Shown: positions 31,007 to 40,650 of the stretch, in pieces
Numbering within the stretch: the first letter of the stretch is position 1
How the letters are laid out: each line of letters begins with the position of its first letter
Assembly: GCA_965233865.1 (NCBI GenBank)
Contig: OZ247587.1
Location: 1,248,001-1,312,000 of the forward strand
Direction of reading: 5' to 3'
DNA length: 64,000 nt
Origin: Candidatus Neptunichlamydia sp.
GTDB lineage: Bacteria > Chlamydiota > Chlamydiia > Chlamydiales > Simkaniaceae
The notes under the pieces: generated by a model
Databases searched by the model: none
What the model saw: the letters and a program-made list of their open reading frames with translations, nothing else
Told to the model about the DNA's origin: nothing
Program-made: the position numbers and the translations under genes

Positions 31007-32328
31007 CATTTCCATTCGAACATATAAATTTCCCTTCGTACCAGTTAAGTAGAAGGCTGCGACCTGGAGAGAGAGAAAAGTATTTACTGTCTCAAGAAGA
31101 AAAAACAGCAAGGGAAGCTATTGTCAAGAATGAAACAGACCGAAACCTTGGAGATCTATTAAGGTCCGCGCCACATACCAAAATTCCTCTTACTTTATTA
31201 GAATTGGAGGAAAGAGACCAAATTGAAAGTGAGTGGGGAAGCCCTTTTGATGTAGTACAAGCGGTTCCAGAGCACAAAAAAGGACCAAGTGTTAGCACGG
31301 AATTTCCTTATGACTTACATAAAGGAAAACCATCATCAGAAAAAGTAAACTTAAATCAAATCCTGTCTGATGAAAGATTTGAACGTGCTCTCCTTAAGAA
31401 AGATCGATCAAATGAATTTGAAAAGTTTGATAAAGAATACGACCAAACACCTTCTAGGATTTTTACGCCTAATAAAGGACAAAACACAGACGATTTTGAA
31501 TTTGCACCTTTTCCTAATTATTCCCTATCTTCTAGACTAAGACGTCAGAACCAAGCCACATTTGTTGAAGATAAAACAAACCTACAAAATTTTTCAGATC
31601 AATATAAGCAAGAACAGATCAGAAAAAAGAGGCAGGATCTAGATGCCGAGGAATCTTCCGCAAGAGAGGCTATTGAAGACGAATGGGATTCTTTACCATT
31701 TAACACCATAGGAAAGTTCAAAGAGCTCATGAATATGAACGGTGATCAAGATCATAATTTAAATGTATTAAAGGATTTAGAGCATATTTCTTTTAAGGCT
31801 CCAAAATCTTCTAGAAGCCTTGCGGATGAATTAACTCAAGTATCTAACGGGCTTGATCGAATACCTGTTGTTCCAGGATCTAGATGGGCGTATAACAGAG
31901 CTAATCGTGAATTGAGTACTCAATATCCCAGAGACAGTTCTGTGTATGAGCCCCGTATGAGTAGGAGTGGAGACATTACAATGCAGAATAATCCCCATAC
32001 TTTTTCTGGTTTGTTTCATGAGTTAACCCATGCGCTACATAGAAGAAAGGATTTTGGGGAGTTTACAAAAATGGCGGCAACAAAAACTGGCCCGATTTGG
32101 ACAAATGTAGAAGAGAAAAGAACAATAGACCGAGAAAACCAATTATTAAAAGAGATGGGATTAGTTGCCCGAGCTTCGCATAAAGGCTTTAAAATTCCTA
32201 TATCAGGGCTAAAAAAACCAGGATTGAGGGCTAAAAAAACAAAGACCACTATGAGAGATCGATTACAGCTCCGCCGGTTGTTTGGGGAGAAGAAAACCAA
32301 CCTTTATCACCCTATAATGGACCTGTAA
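31003..32328 (+). CDS. Partner effector with HExxH zinc metallopeptidase (M91/NleD-like) domain
   Basis: ATGA overlap with copy 7; LFHELTHALH...EEKRTI..ENQL..EMGL..RASH; basic C-tail. Confidence 0.7.
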   Translation: MTFPFEHINFPSYQLSRRLRPGEREKYLLSQEEKTAREAIVKNETDRNLGDLLRSAPHTKIPLTLLELEERDQIESEWGSPFDVVQAVPEHKKGPSVSTEFPYDLHKGKPSSEKVNLNQILSDERFERALLKKDRSNEFEKFDKEYDQTPSRIFTPNKGQNTDDFEFAPFPNYSLSSRLRRQNQATFVEDKTNLQNFSDQYKQEQIRKKRQDLDAEESSAREAIEDEWDSLPFNTIGKFKELMNMNGDQDHNLNVLKDLEHISFKAPKSSRSLADELTQVSNGLDRIPVVPGSRWAYNRANRELSTQYPRDSSVYEPRMSRSGDITMQNNPHTFSGLFHELTHALHRRKDFGEFTKMAATKTGPIWTNVEEKRTIDRENQLLKEMGLVARASHKGFKIPISGLKKPGLRAKKTKTTMRDRLQLRRLFGEKKTNLYHPIMDL

Positions 32329-32452
32329 AGCAATTTTCAGGAAAGGTTAACTGGTAAACTGGAAGATGGAGGGAAACATCAACCAAAAACACAACTACAC
32401 TTACATAACTAACGCAGCTTAAGAAAGCAACATCTTCGCTCATCTTATCTTC

Positions 32453-33598
32453 TTACTCCTTGAGATTGCTTTCTTGAGCTACTCCTTCGTTAGTTATACC
32501 GGGCTCTGCTGCTCTTGTAAATGGATCGTTAAATTGATTTCGTACACCAGATGCATTTAATAGTCCTTGAAGAGTTTGTCCTTCGTATCCATCTGCCCTA
32601 CTTGTGATGCCCTGAGTCCTGAACACTCCTTGTTGGGGGGCCTCCCAAAAATAGTTCGTAGAAATAGGATCTGTCATGAATTCATTCAAGTTGACATTCT
32701 CGTCGGTATCATTTTCTATCGAATTTCTTAATTCAGATCTATAATCATACGTATTTATTGGGTGGCCTCTCATATAGTCATTTTCCAAAGACGCTCGGTC
32801 ATAGAAGTTTTGTAAGTCTCTTTTAGCTTCTCTTTGAATGTTTTGTCTTTGACCCCGCTCTTCTAATCCAACCATTCTCCTTTCTATGAGTTGTTTAAGT
32901 TCATAGTCATGTTGTTGATCTATTGATTGAAGACCTTCTTGGTATTCGTCTAAGATATTCGGCCTTCCAAGAGCTTCACTGAGGTTAAGTCTACGTAGCC
33001 CTTCTTGATTCGATAGTTCTTGCCTTTTGCCAAATTCTTCGTCTTGATGGCGTTGAGATGTTAACAATTCATCTAAAAATGATCGCTCTTGGTCTTGGAT
33101 ACCTCTCCTCTCAAATACTTCCCCTAATTCTGGGTCTCTGTTATAAAATGCTCGTAACCCTCTATATGCGTCAGACTGATCTCTGTGTATGGCTCCTCTA
33201 ACCTCTCTTTCCCCATTGATTAATTGTTGTCTCCAGAATTCATCTTTAAACGAATCTCTTTGATCTTCTTGTTGTTCTTCGTCATTAAGATAACGTAGGT
33301 TTTCGAATCTATTTCTACCGGAAATCGGTTGATCTTCAATATTTGGTAAATTCTCAAATCTCCCTCTATCTTGACGATCTCTTTGAAGTGCTTTCTGTTT
33401 TTCTCTATATTCACGAACAGCATCAAGTGATAGTTTTGTTTTTTCTAATGGATTACTATGATCATCCACATGAAGCATAGCATGTATGCCCTCTCTAACC
33501 TTTGATTCATTACGGTGATTAGATTCTCCTCTTAGTCTCCTTTGAGAAGCCCTTACTGATTGAGGTTGTGAATAATATGAATTATTAGGCATTGACAT
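32453..33598 (-). CDS. Partner protein: charged helical region with C-terminal U-box-like domain
   Basis: Starts 2 nt after copy 8; EFMTDPIS...YEGQTLQGLL...DPFTR. Confidence 0.6.
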   Translation of the reverse strand: MSMPNNSYYSQPQSVRASQRRLRGESNHRNESKVREGIHAMLHVDDHSNPLEKTKLSLDAVREYREKQKALQRDRQDRGRFENLPNIEDQPISGRNRFENLRYLNDEEQQEDQRDSFKDEFWRQQLINGEREVRGAIHRDQSDAYRGLRAFYNRDPELGEVFERRGIQDQERSFLDELLTSQRHQDEEFGKRQELSNQEGLRRLNLSEALGRPNILDEYQEGLQSIDQQHDYELKQLIERRMVGLEERGQRQNIQREAKRDLQNFYDRASLENDYMRGHPINTYDYRSELRNSIENDTDENVNLNEFMTDPISTNYFWEAPQQGVFRTQGITSRADGYEGQTLQGLLNASGVRNQFNDPFTRAAEPGITNEGVAQESNLKE

Positions 33599-33600
33599 AT

Positions 33601-34053
33601 TTACATTTTCTCTTTGAATATTTTTGTTATTTTTTGCACGTGCTCGGTTAACCCCTCAAGAGGAACGCATTCTGATATCTGGTTACTACCAATACGATTT
33701 TTACAAACGGGACATGGAATTCCAGATTCTTTTGTTACTTTGTTTGAAAGTATAAGGCTTTGGATAGTCTCTTTATTAAAAACATGCCCACACTTAAACA
33801 CCCCAGGGATATTTTTAACCGTAAAAGGTTCATACGTTACAGGATCTAGTGCATCAGGAGGCAGTTCTTCGCAAAGAGGTCGCAATTCCTCAACTATCCT
33901 ATCGTTCATTGTCTTTTGAGCTTTCATTTCGCGTATTTCAATCTCTCGATCTTTCAGCTCTGCCCTTGCTTCGTTTTCTTGAGTTTTGAGTTGCTCTCGA
34001 ATGAATTTTTCAAAGTAAATGGTGTTATTTTGAATGCTTAATATGGCTGTCAT
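33601..34053 (-). CDS. U-box/SP-RING-like family protein, copy 8
   Basis: DALDPVTYEPF...CGH...CPVC. Confidence 0.85.
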   Translation of the reverse strand: MTAILSIQNNTIYFEKFIREQLKTQENEARAELKDREIEIREMKAQKTMNDRIVEELRPLCEELPPDALDPVTYEPFTVKNIPGVFKCGHVFNKETIQSLILSNKVTKESGIPCPVCKNRIGSNQISECVPLEGLTEHVQKITKIFKEKM

Positions 34054-34058
34054 CTTGT

Positions 34059-34232
34059 TTATCCACTTGATCTGTAGTATCTTAGCATTTGATCGGTTGA
34101 TTCTTCTGCAGCTTCTTTAGCGATCCTTTCTAGTCTTTCTTTCTCTAGTGCTTCTGCTCTTTGGGCTCTTGCTTCAGGAGATATTATGAAATGTCTTCGG
34201 CGATTACTTGTTGGATGATTAGGTTGGCTCAT
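34059..34232 (-). pseudogene. Truncated partner gene (MSQPNHPTSNRRR..., 57 aa)
   Basis: Overlaps the end of copy 9 and terminates inside the GGATAAACAAG RBS of copy 8. Confidence 0.65.
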
Positions 34233-34698
34233 TTTCTGTGTTTTCCTTGAATATTTTTTTTACTGCTTGAGCGTTTTGAACAAGCCCCTCAAGAGGAATA
34301 CACTGGAGTAATTGAATCCTTCCGCTTGTTAATTTACAGATTGGACAGTCTAGATCCCCTTGCCTCGAAGGGTCGCTAATATCGATCATTGATTTGACTG
34401 TTTTCTTATCAAAAACATGTCCACATCTATATACAACAGGAATTTCAAAAGGTTCATACGTCACAGGATCTAGTGCATCAGGAGGCAGTTCTTCGCAAAG
34501 AGGTCGCAATTCCTCAACTATCCTATCGTTCATTGTCTTTTGAGCTTTTATGGACTCTAGGTTCTTCTGCATTCCTTGCATTTCAACCTCTCGATTTTTC
34601 AGCTCTGCCCTTGCTTCGTTTTCTTGAGTTTTGAGTTGCTCTCGAATGAATCCTTCAAAGTAAATGGTGTTATTCTGAATGCTTAATATGGCTGTCAT
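34219..34698 (-). CDS. U-box/SP-RING-like family protein, copy 9
   Basis: DALDPVTYEPF...CGH...CPIC. Confidence 0.85.
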   Translation of the reverse strand: MTAILSIQNNTIYFEGFIREQLKTQENEARAELKNREVEMQGMQKNLESIKAQKTMNDRIVEELRPLCEELPPDALDPVTYEPFEIPVVYRCGHVFDKKTVKSMIDISDPSRQGDLDCPICKLTSGRIQLLQCIPLEGLVQNAQAVKKIFKENTENEPT

Positions 34699-34888
34699 CT
34701 TGTTTATCCTCTTACCATTATTATAACATACATTGCACGAGATGCTTGCATGAAATCGTTCAAAATCAAAAATATTTTAGATCTTCGTTTCATAAAAATT
34801 CAACGCTTGCTGCTTACTGGATTTATATTTGCTGGTAAAGCTACAAAGGGATAAAATGAGAATTAAACAAAAACAATGGATGATAATC

Positions 34889-35203
34889 ATGGACTGGACG
34901 CAAGCACTTACTGTTATAGGAGTTTTCATTAGTGGGTTTATCTACATGATGAACAAAATGGACGCAAATAAGAAAGACACTGATACAAAAATGGAGTCTC
35001 ATCAAAAAGAAAATAACACACGCTTTAATGGCATAGAAAACCGTTTAACTGCCATGGAAGTTGAAGTCAAAAACATCAATCAAAGAATCGATGACTTTAA
35101 GCATGAAACAAATCAAAGACTCTCTACGATTGAAGGGTATCTAGTCCCAAAGAAGGTATTTCGCTTTGAGGAAACTAAAGACGAAGAACCCAAAGAGAAC
35201 TAA
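34889..35203 (+). CDS. Small TM + coiled-coil protein, copy 4
   Basis: Near-identical to copy 3. Confidence 0.75.
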   Translation: MDWTQALTVIGVFISGFIYMMNKMDANKKDTDTKMESHQKENNTRFNGIENRLTAMEVEVKNINQRIDDFKHETNQRLSTIEGYLVPKKVFRFEETKDEEPKEN

Positions 35204-35332
35204 GACATCTATCATGCTAACTGATAATGAAATGCTACAAAAACTTCAGGAATCTTTAGAGCTAAGATTCGATGATCAACGGGATTTATTCATAAGAGAG
35301 GACGATAGCGGCACTGGGCAGTTGTTACTTTT

Positions 35333-35881
35333 TTAGCAGAGCTTTAGATCTCCACTCATTCCAGTTTCTATTGAATCAACGAGTCCGGTGTCATTGTGAG
35401 ATGATTTTTTAGGATACTTCATCTGTTCTTCTAAGGAAAGTTTCCCCACATGCCAAGATTTCTCCCCGTCCCATAACCACCAATCGGCTTCTTCCGGCTT
35501 TGGTCTTTTAAATAAATATTTCATGTTTTTGAAAGTGGGAAACGCTTGAGCGAACTCTGGAACAAAAAAGTTCCCAACACGTTCCCAATCACCCAGATTT
35601 ACGCTGTAATGAACCTCACAAAAAGTAGTAAATCTATGTTGATTGTCAACGATTCTTTTAATCTCATCTAATTCCGGCCTTACCTTATAGAATCCATCAA
35701 GAACTCTTATAACACTTCCCCATTTAGTTCCTGGTCCTGTATGCTCATGTGTATACTGGGCGTATGCAAGGCCTTTAGAAGTAGGTATTTCTATCACATC
35801 ACCAATTTTTTTTCTTACACGTCTGACGCATTTTGGAATCTCGGATCGTTTGATTTTTGGCCTTCTAATGGATGTGCTCAT
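35333..35881 (-). CDS. Imm26-like immunity protein, copy 2
   Basis: Diverged paralogue of 18187-18732. Confidence 0.65.
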   Translation of the reverse strand: MSTSIRRPKIKRSEIPKCVRRVRKKIGDVIEIPTSKGLAYAQYTHEHTGPGTKWGSVIRVLDGFYKVRPELDEIKRIVDNQHRFTTFCEVHYSVNLGDWERVGNFFVPEFAQAFPTFKNMKYLFKRPKPEEADWWLWDGEKSWHVGKLSLEEQMKYPKKSSHNDTGLVDSIETGMSGDLKLC

Positions 35882-35885
35882 ATGG

Positions 35886-37325
35886 TTACTCTATATACCC
35901 TATTTCTTGTAATATCTCTGATCCTCTTACGAGAGATTTGTGATATTTAGGATTTGACTCTGCGATGCTATTTATCTTGTTTATCAGTGTTCCTCCATTT
36001 TTCTCCAGTTTATGCATTTCAATCAAGGTTTGTTCTACAGCTTTGGAATCGTACTTTGTTAGGTTAGCTAGCCCCTCCATTTCTTCGATCTCCATTCCTT
36101 TATTTCTTAGGTGCTCTCGAGTCCTCCTTGGAATATTGTTTGTAATACCAACGTATTGTACTTCATCAGTTGCTTTATCTACCGATCTGTATACCGAGAT
36201 ATTCCCCTGCTCCCTAACTACAGGAATCTGAACTTCAACTTGTGGCGTATTTGCTCTAGGGATTGGAGGATTCGTTGTAGTCGTCGTAGTCAGAGCACTT
36301 CCCGCAGCACCAGTAATAGCCATACCTTTTACAACACCAGAAGCTTTTGCAACTTTAGCTATGGCCTTTGCACTCTTCGCGATCTTAGCAGGCTTACTTA
36401 ATTGGCTACCAGGAACCGGCACAAAACAAAATACTACGTCCTTGCCAAGTTCTTTGAGTAATTCTCCCATAATTTCAGGAGTTGAAGAAGATTTAAAGCT
36501 GCCATATTGTCCGGCGTAGTCAGTATTAAAAGACTGGTCTATCTTATCATGCAGACGATCGCTAAACGGAACCACGTCATTGCTAAAGAATTCATCGAAA
36601 GGTTCCCTTTTTGGAGGGTAATCATCGTATAAAAAGGAATTCATTTTTCCTAAAGATTCGACAAAGTTAGCTGTTCCATCAACGAAATTATGAACAACAT
36701 AAGAGCCAACCTCTCGCGCTTTTTCGGCTGCTTGTGACCAAAACGAAGCTTCGTCTTTCTTTGGAATATTTAAGTTATTTGCAGCTAGCACAGGTTCTTG
36801 ACTGAGCTCTTCTTTAAGAGTGGTGTTTTGTCTTTCGACAGTTTCTTTTAGGAGAGCACTTTTCTCGGGTATCGGCTCTAATTGTGGAGTGATCTTTGGT
36901 ATTAAAGCTTCTATTTCTTTCGGTCGATCATAGTCACAATGGCTTGGATAATAGGGATCGTTAAACGAATCAGCGTGAGGTTCTTCTTCATAAATCTCCC
37001 CAGCCTTATTTACAGGTGTTCGTGGTTTGGGATTGTTTTTTGGATTCGTTTCTCCATTGGCATCATAATCTACAGCAGCAGCTCCCGCAGCAATAACAGG
37101 CGCAGCAGCTCCACTTGTAGCGATGATAACCACAGTTGCAGCAACTACAACAACAGCTGAGATAATCACTACCTTTTTGTTTCTTTTGACGAATTTCTTA
37201 GTGCTTTTCCATGTGTTTGATACCCAACTGCAATTGATAATCTTTAGAGATTGATACCCATTTAATACCGCAGGAACAGCCTTAACGCCGTAATCTTCAT
37301 ATCTTTTAGGGACGACCACCACCAT
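35886..37325 (-). CDS. Polymorphic toxin with URI/GIY-YIG-like tip, copy 2
   Basis: YVGITNNIPRRTREH...KAVEQTLI...NKINSI. Confidence 0.7.
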   Translation of the reverse strand: MVVVVPKRYEDYGVKAVPAVLNGYQSLKIINCSWVSNTWKSTKKFVKRNKKVVIISAVVVVAATVVIIATSGAAAPVIAAGAAAVDYDANGETNPKNNPKPRTPVNKAGEIYEEEPHADSFNDPYYPSHCDYDRPKEIEALIPKITPQLEPIPEKSALLKETVERQNTTLKEELSQEPVLAANNLNIPKKDEASFWSQAAEKAREVGSYVVHNFVDGTANFVESLGKMNSFLYDDYPPKREPFDEFFSNDVVPFSDRLHDKIDQSFNTDYAGQYGSFKSSSTPEIMGELLKELGKDVVFCFVPVPGSQLSKPAKIAKSAKAIAKVAKASGVVKGMAITGAAGSALTTTTTTNPPIPRANTPQVEVQIPVVREQGNISVYRSVDKATDEVQYVGITNNIPRRTREHLRNKGMEIEEMEGLANLTKYDSKAVEQTLIEMHKLEKNGGTLINKINSIAESNPKYHKSLVRGSEILQEIGYIE

Positions 37326-37767
37326 CCTCCGTTTCCCTCATTACATTCGCATTAAAAGCTAATTCTGAATTATTTGGTTCTCCTCTAAGCCATTTGATGT
37401 CTTCTTCGAGTTGAGCCTTAGCTTCAAGATCGTCGTCGCGAATGCCATTTCTAGCCAAGAAAATGACAAACTCCATGACTTGACTGGTCTGTGCTTCAGT
37501 TAGGTGCTTTTCTAAGGTGTTGCCATAAGCTACTTCATAAAGGAAATCTATGATGTGCTGATAGGAAAGAGTTTCGTAATTGAGTAAGTCCCAAGGCGAA
37601 AAGTTTGTGTAATCGCCTTCAGAGTAGCCTGTGGTTGATGATTGCGTTTGTTGGTTTGTGGGTAGGTGCTCAGCACTTAAAGGCACGTTCCAAATGATTG
37701 ATGGAAGACAGAGCACCAAAAGCATGGCTTTCAAAGCAGTGAATAGTCTGACAAATCGTAGGTGCAT
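37306..37767 (-). CDS. Signal-peptide-bearing N-terminal segment of the toxin (out of frame with it)
   Basis: Hydrophobic N-terminus ending PLSA-EH; overlaps the toxin ORF start. Confidence 0.6.
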   Translation of the reverse strand: MHLRFVRLFTALKAMLLVLCLPSIIWNVPLSAEHLPTNQQTQSSTTGYSEGDYTNFSPWDLLNYETLSYQHIIDFLYEVAYGNTLEKHLTEAQTSQVMEFVIFLARNGIRDDDLEAKAQLEEDIKWLRGEPNNSELAFNANVMRETEDGGGRP

Positions 37768-37849
37768 TGCGTTGTCCTTTCAGAGGTGATAAGCAGAATG
37801 CTCTTACCCCTAAAAAGATTTTACCCGCAAATTTTACGCTCTTATTCTT

Positions 37850-38250
37850 CGTGACTTGGAATGGTTACCTCCTTGATGGTCATCACAGACTTAAGATCTG
37901 CAAGAAGCATGGTCTAGCATACAAGACTGTGGCTTATGAGTTCGAATATCAAGAAGAAGTTGAAATCTGGATGATCGACAATCAATGCGAGATGAAGCGA
38001 AACATAACTGAATTCTGCAGAGGGAGATACGCTCTTTTGAAGAAAGAAAGGATTGTGGCTCTCAACAAGAAAAAAATGACTGATGGTAGCGAGAAAGGTG
38101 GTGAGGCAAATAAACAACGCTATGAAGGGAGCCCTCCCCCAACATTGGGAGACCTTGATTCAGAAAACTCTAAAGCCAAAGATTATTCAGGAAATACGGA
38201 TCGTTTACTCGCAAAAGATGCTGGTTTGTCTGTGGGTACCATGCATACAC
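37850..38250 (+). pseudogene. ParB-N/sulfiredoxin-like domain fragment
   Basis: VTWNGYLLDGHHRLKIC...WMIDNQ...RN, then LAKDAGLSVGT (HTH start); no clear start or end. Confidence 0.6.
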
Positions 38251-38326
38251 CTAAGAAAAAGCTTCCTCTTCCCCCTTTTTCAGCAATAAGGGTTTTTAAG
38301 GCAACCTGATAGCATGAAAAACAAAG

Positions 38327-38885
38327 TGAAGGCTCCCCGCAGCAGAGCTACGGGGCATCTGTCAGGTAGTTTTGCTTAGCTCCAAAAATCCAGTTGCTGA
38401 TGTAACCTTTTATAGTCTTTTTTTCCTTGGTTTTTGACGTAGTTTCCTATTTTCTCCTCGTCCCCATGCTTCCCCACGGTACTTATAAAATATCCATCAC
38501 TCCAAAACTCCCCTCCCCAAAGTATCTTCTTTACTTCAGGCCTTCTCAAAAAAATCTCTTTTGCCGTGATGCTTTTTATTAGCTGAACAGTTTTTTTGGG
38601 ACTATACATCGGAACTGATTGTATCAGAAAGTGAACATGGTCCTTATCAACACCGATCTCTAAAAAATTTATCTCATATCTCTTTGAAATTTCAAGGCAT
38701 ATGACCTTAATTTCTTCATCAACACTCTTGTCAAATACCGCTTTCCTGTATTTGGCCGGACAAACTATGTGGTACATCAAAACTGAGACATTATGACTTT
38801 TATGAATATATTCACTCATGCCAAAAAACTATACTTGTTCAGCTTTTACGCAGCAAGCTGCGGGGAATCAAACCCAAAGAGATTG
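38327..38885 (-). mobile_element. IS200/IS605-family element (tnpA only)
   Basis: Subterminal hairpins CCCCGCAGCAGAGCTACGGGG and CGCAGCAAGCTGCG; cuts a partner gene. Ends approximate. Confidence 0.85.
38376..38819 (-). CDS. tnpA: Y1 HUH transposase
   Basis: YHIVCPAKYR, DHVH (HUH), FWSDGYF, YVKNQ. Confidence 0.93.
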   Translation of the reverse strand: MSEYIHKSHNVSVLMYHIVCPAKYRKAVFDKSVDEEIKVICLEISKRYEINFLEIGVDKDHVHFLIQSVPMYSPKKTVQLIKSITAKEIFLRRPEVKKILWGGEFWSDGYFISTVGKHGDEEKIGNYVKNQGKKDYKRLHQQLDFWS

Positions 38886-39016
38886 AAGTTTTCTTGATTT
38901 TGACCGTGTCTATAGAACCCAGGGGAATATCCTCTATTATCACGAACCGACCGATAAGCATTAAGAGCTTTTAGGTCTTCTTCCGAAAGTGAGAGTGGAT
39001 GGTTTGGATTGCTCAT
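38886..39016 (-). pseudogene. Partner gene N-terminus cut by IS200
   Basis: MSNPNHPLSLSEEDLKALNAYRSVRDNRGYSPGFYRHGQ; paralogue of 28362. Confidence 0.75.
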
Positions 39017-39461
39017 TTTGATTATTTTCCCTAAATATTTTTTCTATTTTTTTGAACACTTCTACACAGCCCATTAGATTTACTGGACTAACCCCACTTT
39101 TCAACGGAGATTTTCTTCTGCACATAGGGCATTCGATCAGAGAATCTTGATGTAAACTGTTTCTTCTTGCTATATCTAATATAGTAGATATACCTAAAGA
39201 ATGACCACATCTGTACAAAAGAGGAGTTTTAAACGGTTTCATACTAACAGGATCTCTAGCATCATTAGGCACCTCCTCGCATAAGGGTCTCAATTCCTCT
39301 ACTATCTTGCTGTCTCTTGCCTTTTGAGCTTTCACCTCGCGCATTTCAGACTCTCGATCTTTTAATTCTGCTCGCATTTCGGATTCTTGTGTTTTGAGCT
39401 GATCTCGGACGAACTGTTCAAAGTAAATAGTGTTGTTCTGAATACTTGCTATGGCTGACAT
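38961..39461 (-). CDS. U-box/SP-RING-like family protein, copy 10
   Basis: DARDPVSMKPF...CGH...CPMC. Confidence 0.85.
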   Translation of the reverse strand: MSAIASIQNNTIYFEQFVRDQLKTQESEMRAELKDRESEMREVKAQKARDSKIVEELRPLCEEVPNDARDPVSMKPFKTPLLYRCGHSLGISTILDIARRNSLHQDSLIECPMCRRKSPLKSGVSPVNLMGCVEVFKKIEKIFRENNQNEQSKPSTLTFGRRPKSS

Positions 39462-39478
39462 ATTGTTCTCCTTGGGGT

Positions 39479-39734
39479 TTAACCTGCAAAAGCTGTGTTA
39501 TAGCCTAGCCTAGTTGGTTGTATCTGTTCTCCCCTTTCATCATTCTCTTGAATTCCTTGAAATGTCTTCATCACATCTTCTAACCAGCTTTTTGAGAATT
39601 TCCCATCGCCTTTTACTGAGCTCCAAATAGAAACCTGGGGAGTACCCTTTTCCAGGACCATCTCTCATTGCTCTAAATGCTGATAAGGCTTCCGCTTTTT
39701 GGGACCTATTCATTGGATGATTATGTGGGCTCAT
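39479..39734 (-). pseudogene. Internally deleted partner gene
   Basis: MSPHNHP...GKGYSPGFY joined out of frame at ~39626 to the last ~48 codons of the Cys-His gene. Confidence 0.75.
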
Positions 39735-40188
39735 TTTCTGTGTTTTCCTTGAATACTTTTGTTATTTTTTCCATATGTTCAACAAGCCCTTCTAGTGGTA
39801 TGCACTCTAAGAGTTGATCTCTTCTAGATATTATTTTACAAGTAGGGCAATCTAAATCGGACCTTTTTTCTAGGTTTCTAGATAAAATTATAGATTTAAC
39901 CGTTTCTTTATTAAAGACATGCCCACAACTATAAACAGCTGGTATGTTTTTTCCATTAAAAGGCTCATAAGTCACTGGGTCTAACGCATCTGGAGGTAGT
40001 TCTTCGCATAAGGGCCTGAGTTCTTCAATCATCCTAGTATTCGTCGTGTTCTTCACCTTCGCTTCCCGCATTTCAGACTCTCGATCTTTTAATTCTGCTC
40101 GCATTTCGGATTCTTGTGTTTTAAGCTGATCTCGGACGAACTGTTCAAAGTAAATAGTGTTGTTCTGAATACTTAATATGGCTGACAT
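39721..40188 (-). CDS. U-box/SP-RING-like family protein, copy 11
   Basis: DALDPVTYEPF...CGH...CPTC. Confidence 0.85.
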   Translation of the reverse strand: MSAILSIQNNTIYFEQFVRDQLKTQESEMRAELKDRESEMREAKVKNTTNTRMIEELRPLCEELPPDALDPVTYEPFNGKNIPAVYSCGHVFNKETVKSIILSRNLEKRSDLDCPTCKIISRRDQLLECIPLEGLVEHMEKITKVFKENTENEPT

Positions 40189-40205
40189 ATTGTTCTCCTT
40201 GGGGT

Positions 40206-40650
40206 TTAACCTGCAAAAGCTGTGTTATAGCCTAGCCTAGTTGGTTGTATCTGTTCTCCCCTTTCATCATTCTCTTGAATTCCTTGAAATGTCTTCATCA
40301 CATCTTCTAACCAGCTTTTTGAGAATTTCCCATCGCCTTTTACTGAGCTCCAAAGAGAGCGTACTGGGTAATTATTTCCTTTTCTCGTTATAAAACATGG
40401 TCTTCTGGCCTGTCTTCATTGGCAAAAACAGTTGTCCCATCTGGAAGATCAAGGTCTTGTAATTTATTATAGTCGATTTCGCCACGATTTCCAGGCGGAT
40501 TTAAAACATCTATAAGCCTTTCACCATAGGAAAGGCTGTATTTTCCAGGTTCTGTAGCTCTTTGAAGGCGTTCTTGTACTTCTTCTTTTTTCAGCTTGCC
40601 TCTTGAGATTAAGTCATAGCAAATCCCTTCAGCACAGTTCATCGTCTTTT
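40206..40650 (-). pseudogene. Cys-His domain fragment, frameshifted
   Basis: Inverted near-identical copy of ~27488-27932 with one T lost (CATGTTTTATAA vs CATGTTTTTATAA). Confidence 0.8.

Noticed and set aside
15868..33919. Recurring antisense ORFs opposite E3-like genes (15868, 26515, 33614)
   Set aside because: They recur only because the sense genes are duplicated; no independent coding evidence.
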